Assembly: GCA_038128265.1 (NCBI GenBank)
Contig: JAYPJE010000048.1
Coordinates: 4,677 to 28,830, forward strand
Origin: Gemmatimonadota bacterium
GTDB lineage: Bacteria; Latescibacterota; UBA2968; UBA8231
Reading direction: 5' to 3'
Length of the DNA: 24,154 nt
Both the position numbers and the translations under genes were made by a program. How positions within the stretch are numbered: position 1 is the first letter of the stretch; each line of letters starts with the position of its first letter. Of the stretch, positions 17,914-24,154 are shown one piece after another. Under the pieces are notes generated by a model. It saw only the letters and a list, made by a program, of their open reading frames with translations, ran no database searches and had not been told where the DNA came from.

Positions 17914-18326
17914 TAGCCGAAGACCTCATACCCGCTCTGCAGGGCATTGTTCCAGCGTGGATCGTAACGACTTCTGACGAGAATATTCCCAACTGTACGT
18001 GCGTGAGCCAAGTCTACCCCGTTGACGAAACCCACGTTGCGATCTCGAATCAGTTTTTTTCCAAGACGTTCCGCAATTTGCAGAACAACAAGCACGCCGT
18101 CGTCCAAGTGATCCACCCAGCAGACAATAGCATGTGGGTCCTAGAGATAGAACACGTGCGCACTGAAACGGAAGGGGCTCTGTTCGACGAGATGGATATG
18201 CAGCTGGCTGCCATTGCATCCATGTCGAATATGGAAGATGTGTTTAAACTGCAAAGTGCCTACGTGTTTAAAGTGCATTCGGTCTCTCATTTGACCGAAG
18301 CTCAACACCCTGCTAAATCGATATGA
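17910..18326 (+). CDS. Pyridoxamine 5'-phosphate oxidase family (putative PNPOx) protein
   Basis: LQGIVPAWIVTTSDENIPNCTCVSQV...HVAISNQFFSKTFRNL...P...TEGALFDEM...LAAIAS...VFKL. ATGA overlap with the upstream gene. Confidence 0.8.
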   Translation: MIAEDLIPALQGIVPAWIVTTSDENIPNCTCVSQVYPVDETHVAISNQFFSKTFRNLQNNKHAVVQVIHPADNSMWVLEIEHVRTETEGALFDEMDMQLAAIASMSNMEDVFKLQSAYVFKVHSVSHLTEAQHPAKSI

Positions 18327-19573
18327 GCGAAACGGGGTTGTCGCATGAAATAAAACAACAGATGTCGGAGAACCAGCGGCAGATTGATCAATTAAACGAT
18401 CAGCTCAGTCGCAAAACCGACGAAATCAAAATCATTCAGACCATCTCCTCCGAGATCCTCAACACGCTCGATCTCGAAGTGTTGTTTGGCAATATCATGT
18501 CCCTTATGCACGAGGTCTTTGGCTTTGAACACTGCATGATATTACTGAACGAAGACGAACAGCTACGCGTTGCCGCCAGCCACGGCCACGAAGACCAAGG
18601 GATCGGTATGACCGTCCCCATGGGCAAAGGCGTCATCGGCACGGTGGCACAGCGACGCAAGATTATGCGCATGATGGGGCTGCGCACGCGGCGACGCTAC
18701 GTGCAGCGAACAGCGGGCGCAGACGCCGATGCTCTTCCATCGCTGAAAGACGCCGACAGCCAGATCGCCATTCCTCTGCAGGTCAAAGACAAACTCGTCG
18801 GCGTATATACAGTGGAAAGCGACAAAGCCAATGCCTTTGATGCACTGGACGAAGAAATACTGACTATTGTATCCAACCAAGTAGCTGCCGCCATCGACAA
18901 TGCTTCGGCCTACAACGAGCTGCAGAAGCTCGCCGAAGCAAACAGTCGGTTCGTACCGCGCCAGTTCCTGCGCCTGCTGGGCAAAGAGTCCATTACCGAA
19001 ACAGAACTGGACGACCAAATAGAGAGCGCGATGACGGTGCTCTTTTCCGACATTCGCGACTTTACACCGCTCTCGGAGTCGATGAGCCCGGCCGAAACCT
19101 TTGCTTTTGTAAACGACTACTTGGGAACGATGGCACCCGTTATTCGCGAGCACGGTGGTTTCATTGACAAGTACATCGGCGATGCGATTATGGCGATCTT
19201 TCCCAACTCGCCTGGAGAGGCCGTAGCGGCCGGCTTGAAAATGGAACAGCATTTAGCCCTGTTCAATACGCGCACCGCAGAGCAAGGTCGGCCCCCCATT
19301 CGCATTGGCATCGGTATTCATACGGGTCCGCTAGTCGCAGGCATTGTGGGCTTTGCCGAACGCTTGGAAGGCACGGTAATTGGTGATTGTGTCAACACGG
19401 CCTCGCGGCTCGAAGGCGTAACCAAAGAGCTTTCCGTCACCCTGTTGGTCAGCGAGACCGTGGTCAACGAACTGGCCGACGAAAGCGAGTACGTCTTCAA
19501 TTCGCTCGGTGAGGTTGCGGTTAAAGGCAAAGCCCAGAAGGTGCAAGTTTTCGGCGTTACCGAACGTCTGTAG
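18323..19573 (+). CDS. GAF domain + class III adenylate cyclase
   Basis: GAF: GKGVIGTVA, SQIAIPL, VGVYTVES, FDALDEEILTIVSNQVAAAIDNA. Cyclase: VLFSDIRDFT, IDKYIGDAIM, IGIGIHTG, TVIGDCVNTASRLE, VKGK. ATGA overlap with the upstream gene. Confidence 0.93.
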   Translation: MSETGLSHEIKQQMSENQRQIDQLNDQLSRKTDEIKIIQTISSEILNTLDLEVLFGNIMSLMHEVFGFEHCMILLNEDEQLRVAASHGHEDQGIGMTVPMGKGVIGTVAQRRKIMRMMGLRTRRRYVQRTAGADADALPSLKDADSQIAIPLQVKDKLVGVYTVESDKANAFDALDEEILTIVSNQVAAAIDNASAYNELQKLAEANSRFVPRQFLRLLGKESITETELDDQIESAMTVLFSDIRDFTPLSESMSPAETFAFVNDYLGTMAPVIREHGGFIDKYIGDAIMAIFPNSPGEAVAAGLKMEQHLALFNTRTAEQGRPPIRIGIGIHTGPLVAGIVGFAERLEGTVIGDCVNTASRLEGVTKELSVTLLVSETVVNELADESEYVFNSLGEVAVKGKAQKVQVFGVTERL

Positions 19574-19688
19574 ACACAGTCTGCTCGTCGATCTCAAACG
19601 GATATGGCCACAAAAAAACGGATTCTTTACTCGGTAGTATAAACCCGCGGCATCGCCCACAACCCTAGCGCGCCATCCTAACACATCC

Positions 19689-20117
19689 ATGTCCACCGCG
19701 GTCTTTACCTACGGCTCGCTGCTCTTTGCAGAAATTATGCAGGCCGTCACGGGAACGCACTTTCCATCGCAAAGCGCCGTATTGAAAGACTACGCGCGCT
19801 ACCGCGTGCGCTGCGCCAGCTATCCCGGCATTGTGCCCGCGCCCGGCACCTCCGTAGCGGGTCGTCTTTACTTGGGCGTCGACTCCGCGGCCGTGGAGCA
19901 CCTCGACTTTTTTGAGGGCGATCTCTACGAGCGCATCTCGGTCGACGTGCACACCGACGAGGGCATCCTATCGGCCCAAACGTATATTATTCCGCCTGGC
20001 AAAGCGCACCATCTCAGCGAGACGGCATGGGATCCCGACGCGTTTCGGGCACATGACTACGACACCTTTCTCAAGCAGTGCGAACCCTTATTTAGAGGCG
20101 GCGCACCCGATGCATAG
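19689..20117 (+). CDS. Gamma-glutamylcyclotransferase (GGCT/AIG2-like) family protein
   Basis: VFTYGSL, YPGIVP, VAGRLY, LDFFEGDLYER. Confidence 0.88.
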   Translation: MSTAVFTYGSLLFAEIMQAVTGTHFPSQSAVLKDYARYRVRCASYPGIVPAPGTSVAGRLYLGVDSAAVEHLDFFEGDLYERISVDVHTDEGILSAQTYIIPPGKAHHLSETAWDPDAFRAHDYDTFLKQCEPLFRGGAPDA

Positions 20118-20147
20118 CGCCGCGCTTTTCACGGAGAAGAACGCTCG

Positions 20148-20945
20148 ATGAACGAACGCCAGAAATACCTATTCGATTTACAGGGGTACTTAGTAGTGGA
20201 AGACGTGCTGAGCGACGCCGACTGCGATCAGGCCATTGCCAAGATCAAAGAGCGCGTGCGGCCCATGGAAAAGACGCCGGACGGCTACGACGCCAACGGC
20301 ACCTGGTACAACGCGGCTGGTCTCTACGAAGCCGGCGAGCCCTTTCTCACGCTGATCGACCATCCCGCTATCACCGACGTGCTGACGGAAATCATCGGCT
20401 CACACCTGCGCTGCGAGAGCTGCTACAGCTTTGTGCGCCACAAGGGCTGCCCGCCCTTTGAAATGCACGGCGGCCACCGCGGCGGGCGCGTCAACTTTCG
20501 CTATGGCGTGCACAACGGCCAGATCTACACCGGGCTTACGGTGGTCTCCATCGCGCTACAGGACATCAGCGAAGCGGACGGCGGCTTTGCCTGCGTGCCC
20601 GGCAGCCACAAATCGGATTTTTCCGTGCCGGCGGAAGACCGCAGGGAGCTCTTCGCCTTTGGTGGGCCGCTGGTGCGCAATATCGCCGCCCCGCGCGGAT
20701 CGGCCATCATCTTTACCGAGACGCTAGCGCACGGGGCCGCCTCGTGGCAGAACGACGAGCCGCGCTACGGGCTGTTCTACAAGTTCAACGACCGCGCCGC
20801 CATCTACCACGCCCAGGAGCCGCGGCGACCCAGCGCCGAAGCCTTTGCGCAGATGACGGACAGCCAAAAGTGCTACTTTAATCTGGCCTACCAGGCCTTT
20901 GGCCCGGCGGACAATCCGCGCAACGAGGTGCCGCAGTTCGGCTGA
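20148..20945 (+). CDS. Phytanoyl-CoA dioxygenase (PhyH) family Fe(II)/2-oxoglutarate enzyme, HGG variant
   Basis: FDLQGYLVVEDVLS, LIDHP, MHGG, GGFACVPGSHK, GSAIIFTETLAHG...R. GGAG RBS upstream. Confidence 0.88.
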   Translation: MNERQKYLFDLQGYLVVEDVLSDADCDQAIAKIKERVRPMEKTPDGYDANGTWYNAAGLYEAGEPFLTLIDHPAITDVLTEIIGSHLRCESCYSFVRHKGCPPFEMHGGHRGGRVNFRYGVHNGQIYTGLTVVSIALQDISEADGGFACVPGSHKSDFSVPAEDRRELFAFGGPLVRNIAAPRGSAIIFTETLAHGAASWQNDEPRYGLFYKFNDRAAIYHAQEPRRPSAEAFAQMTDSQKCYFNLAYQAFGPADNPRNEVPQFG

Positions 20946-20957
20946 GCGCGCAAGGCC

Positions 20958-22436
20958 CTAGCCCCAAACGCCGGCGTCGGGATAGTAGCCGATGCCGGCG
21001 GCCGTCAGCCGCGCGCCGTGGGCGCGCAATCGGCTCTTGAAGCTATTCCAGTCGCGCGCTTCCTGCGGTGACCACGCCACTTCGGCCAGCGCCACGACGC
21101 GGGGAAAGAGCATATAGGCAACATCCTCCGGCTGCGGCGTGCCCTCCGTCCACATGGTGCCTTCAACGCCGAGGATGTGGTGCGCCCGATCGGCGTCCAG
21201 CTCGGCGGGGATCGGCTCGTAAGAATAGACGTTTTCCAGCGTATTGACGCTCAGGCGCCCGCGCTCGTCTTCGCGGTCGTAGTGGCGGCGATCAAAGTAG
21301 ACGTGCGTCTCCGGCGCCATTACTACATCGTGACCGGCCGATGCAGCCACGAAGCCGCCCTGCTCGCCGCGCCACGACATAACGGCCGCCTCTTTGGCCA
21401 GACCGCCCTCCAAGATTTCGTCCCAGCCAATGGGCTTTTTGCCGCGGGCCGCTAGCCAAGCGGCAAAGTGGCGCACAAAGTAGCTCTGCAGTTCCTCTTC
21501 GCTTTTTAACCCCTCGTCGCGCATGCGCTGCTGACAGCGGGGACACGCCTTCCAGCGCGTCTTGGGACATTCGTCGCCGCCGATGTGCACGTAGTCGTCG
21601 GGAAAGAGCGCCAGGACCTCCTCAAATACGTCTTCCAAAAAGCGGAACGTCGCGTCGTTGCCGGCGCAGTATACCTCGTCGAACACGCCCCACTCCGTCA
21701 CGACCTCAAACGGACCCCCCGTGCAGGAGTACTCGGGGTAGGCGGCCAGCGCGGCCTGTGCGTGGCCGGGCAGTTCGATTTCGGGCACGACGCGGATGTG
21801 GCGCTGCCGTGCATACTCGACGACCTCGCGCACTTCTCCGTGCGTGTAAAAACCGCCGTGCCGCGATCCGTCCTCTCCGGTGCGCCACGCGCTCACTTCC
21901 TGCAGCTTGGGGTACTTTTCCACGGCCAAGCGCCAGCCCTGATCTTCGGTCAGGTGCCAGTGAAAGACGTTGTACTTGTGCATCGCCATCCAGTCGAGGT
22001 AGCGCTTTACAAAGTCGACGGAAAAAAAGTGCCGGCACACGTCCAGGTGCATGCCGCGCCAGGCAAAGCGCGGCGCGTCCTCTATCTGCGCGCAGGGCAG
22101 CTGGGCCGCGCCATCGCAGTTGACCGGCAGCAGCTGGCCGATCGTCTGCGCGCCGTAGAAAAATCCGGCCGCCGAGCTGGCCGCTAGCCGCAGGCCGTCC
22201 TCGGCAACAGAGAGTTGGTAGCCCTCCTCGGGCAGCGCGGCGTTTTCCTCGAGAACAAACGCGCCGGCTTCGGCGGCCTCCAGCGCGATACCAGCCTCGG
22301 CCAACACGCGCCGCACCGCAGGTAGGGCCGCCGCGGCCGATGGGCCACGTGCAGCAATAGATTGCCCGCTGTGCAGCGCGTAGGTGCCGCTGTTTTCCGT
22401 AACGCGAACCGGCTGTGGTATAATCGATAGGCTCAT
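20958..22436 (-). CDS. GH20 beta-N-acetylhexosaminidase (no signal peptide)
   Basis: DAPRFAWRGMHLDVCRHF, FHWHLTEDQGWR, PEIELPGH, catalytic HIGGDE, GWDE, YFD, WTE, FPR. Confidence 0.95.
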   Translation of the reverse strand: MSLSIIPQPVRVTENSGTYALHSGQSIAARGPSAAAALPAVRRVLAEAGIALEAAEAGAFVLEENAALPEEGYQLSVAEDGLRLAASSAAGFFYGAQTIGQLLPVNCDGAAQLPCAQIEDAPRFAWRGMHLDVCRHFFSVDFVKRYLDWMAMHKYNVFHWHLTEDQGWRLAVEKYPKLQEVSAWRTGEDGSRHGGFYTHGEVREVVEYARQRHIRVVPEIELPGHAQAALAAYPEYSCTGGPFEVVTEWGVFDEVYCAGNDATFRFLEDVFEEVLALFPDDYVHIGGDECPKTRWKACPRCQQRMRDEGLKSEEELQSYFVRHFAAWLAARGKKPIGWDEILEGGLAKEAAVMSWRGEQGGFVAASAGHDVVMAPETHVYFDRRHYDREDERGRLSVNTLENVYSYEPIPAELDADRAHHILGVEGTMWTEGTPQPEDVAYMLFPRVVALAEVAWSPQEARDWNSFKSRLRAHGARLTAAGIGYYPDAGVWG

Positions 22437-22473
22437 ATCGTTCCTCTGTGTGTTGTTTTATGCGTCGATTCTT

Positions 22474-23478
22474 TCAGGCGACGCGATAGCGCTCGACAAC
22501 TTCCATATCCACTTCGATTCCCAGGCCCGGTCCCATCGGCACGGTGAAGTGCCCCTCGGACAGCTCCAACCCACCAGCTAATACGTCGGCCTCGCGCGTA
22601 AAGGGCAGCTCGTCGCACGGCAACGTGGCGTTGGGCAGCGTCGCCTGCAGGTGCACCGAATAGGCGGCCAAGATGCCCGTGCACAGGCCGCCCATCTGCA
22701 CCCAGCAGGGCACGTCGGCCGCTTCGGCTAGCGCCGCGGCTTTGCGCACTTGAGCAGCCGAACCGCCCAAATTGACGTAGTCGACGCACTCGGCTTTAAG
22801 TGCGGCCAGCACGCCCGACGGCGCGCCCAGATGCAGAGCGATGGGAATGTGCGTCTTTTCGCGCAGCATGCGATACCACTCGAGGTTGTTCTTGAGCATA
22901 GGGTCTTCAAACACGGCGACCGTGCCCACATCTTCTAGCTCAGCCGCCAGGCGCGCCGCCGTCGGCAGCAGGGCAAATTCGGTGTTGGGATCGACGCCGA
23001 TCGTGTAGTCTGGTCCGGTCGCCTCCCTCATTTGGCGCGCCGTCTCGACGATGTCCCACGAGCGCGCTTTGAGCTTGTGGTTGTTAAATCCCAGGCGCTG
23101 GCCCACTTCCGCTTCGGCGGCTGTCTCGTGCGGTTCCATATGACACGACCAGTAGGAGACGGGGACGCGGTCGCGCACCTGCTGACCAAAAAAGCGGTGC
23201 ACCGGCAGGCCGTAGGCGCACCCGGCTATATCGAGCAGAGCGCAGGTAAAGGCGTCGGGTTGGGCAAAGGGATCCAAGGCCAGCGGGTCCTGGCCGACCA
23301 GCCCTTCGGCGGTGGCTGCGTGTGCGGCGCGCGTGCCCTGATACTCGCCCCACCCCGTCAGGCCCTCGTCCGTCTGCACGCGGCACAGCGTGATGTCGTA
23401 GATCTTGGGAAAGTAGCGTGCGATAGGAGCAATCGGCGGTATTTCTACTTCGTATAGATCGACTTGGGTAATCTTCAC
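22474..23478 (-). CDS. Mandelate racemase/muconate lactonizing enzyme (enolase superfamily) protein
   Basis: AGGAGG RBS before GTG 23478. TDEGLTGWGE, ALLDI, HKLK, VDPN, FEDP, PMGPGLGIEVD. Confidence 0.9.
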   Translation of the reverse strand: MKITQVDLYEVEIPPIAPIARYFPKIYDITLCRVQTDEGLTGWGEYQGTRAAHAATAEGLVGQDPLALDPFAQPDAFTCALLDIAGCAYGLPVHRFFGQQVRDRVPVSYWSCHMEPHETAAEAEVGQRLGFNNHKLKARSWDIVETARQMREATGPDYTIGVDPNTEFALLPTAARLAAELEDVGTVAVFEDPMLKNNLEWYRMLREKTHIPIALHLGAPSGVLAALKAECVDYVNLGGSAAQVRKAAALAEAADVPCWVQMGGLCTGILAAYSVHLQATLPNATLPCDELPFTREADVLAGGLELSEGHFTVPMGPGLGIEVDMEVVERYRVA

Positions 23479-23629
23479 GTGGCACCTCCTCTGATGCGAT
23501 GCCGCAAAGATAGGGTGCAACCGCCTTTGCATCTATCCCCCGCTCATAGCTGGCGCCGACCGCGCGGTTGAGTTCGCTTGATGGGGTGCGGGCCTATGCG
23601 TAGTTTGCAGCGAAAATTGGAGACTACGC

Positions 23630-24154
23630 ATGAGGATAAAAGCGGTCCACACCTATCTGCTGTCTACGGCCAAGCTGTCGGGACAGACCACCTACGAAGA
23701 GACGGCCGGGCTCGTCCTGCCCGAACGCGCCGCCGATACCTCGGGCTACCGCGGTCGCCTCGACGAACGCCACCGCTGCGTTTACCCGAGCGACCGCTCT
23801 ACGCTGCTGGTCTGCGTAGAGAGCGACAGCGGACTGCGCGGCTGGGGCGAAGCGCACGCACCGGTCGTACCGCGCGTGGCGCAGACCGTCGTTACCGACC
23901 TACTGGCGCCCATTATCCTCGGCCAAGACGCGCGGCAGATCGCTCCGCTGTGGGAACAGATGTTTTCTTCCATGCGCCTGCGCTCCCACACGCAGGGCTT
24001 TACGGCCGAAGCCATCGCCGGCGTGGATATTGCCCTGTGGGATTTGCTCGGCCACTATCGCCAAGAGCCGGTGTGGATGCTCCTGGGCGGCGCGTTTCGC
24101 ACCAAGCTACCCGCCTACTCGTCCGGCGTGCCGGGAGCGACCGTAGAAGCCCGC
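23630..24154 (+). CDS. Mandelate racemase/muconate lactonizing enzyme family protein, N-terminal part (runs off window end)
   Basis: Not in the ORF track. GGAG RBS and ATG 23630 give MRIKAVHTYLL...LLVCVESDSGLRGWGEA...LAPIILGQD...LWEQM...AIAGVDIALWDLLG...PVWMLLGG...LPAYSS, open to the end. Confidence 0.92.
   Translation, partial: MRIKAVHTYLLSTAKLSGQTTYEETAGLVLPERAADTSGYRGRLDERHRCVYPSDRSTLLVCVESDSGLRGWGEAHAPVVPRVAQTVVTDLLAPIILGQDARQIAPLWEQMFSSMRLRSHTQGFTAEAIAGVDIALWDLLGHYRQEPVWMLLGGAFRTKLPAYSSGVPGATVEAR

Noticed and set aside
17910..19573. PNPOx and GAF-cyclase as one frameshifted pseudogene
   Set aside because: A clean ATGA overlap and a distinct N-terminal coiled coil on the cyclase suggest a genuine two-gene arrangement.

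Overview
GC-rich, gene-dense bacterial window with 23 complete and 2 edge-truncated CDSs. I see no rRNA, tRNA, CRISPR array or transposase. A C-terminal 'NYPNPFN...ASGVY...KMLLLK' sorting domain, a stand-alone HsdR_N protein and the enolase-superfamily, PhyH and Gfo/Idh/MocA content suggest an FCB-group organism, possibly Ca. Latescibacterota-like (inference only). Most genes are carbohydrate-related: two tandem PQQ/sorbosone-dehydrogenase-like propellers, UDP-glucuronate decarboxylase, an AGE epimerase, a GHMP sugar kinase with a nucleotidyltransferase, GH20 and two mandelate-racemase-family enzymes. The best candidate for an undescribed system is a lower-GC, translationally coupled three-gene operon (17431-19573): two PNPOx-like split-barrel proteins plus a GAF-class III adenylate cyclase, behind a repeated operator-like motif. 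Several enzymes also carry telling active-site substitutions: a galactokinase-like kinase with GKHTDY, a PhyH with HGG, a shikimate-kinase-like protein without Walker A, and a minimal SGDEI cyclase. All calls come from reading motifs by eye; no searches were run.
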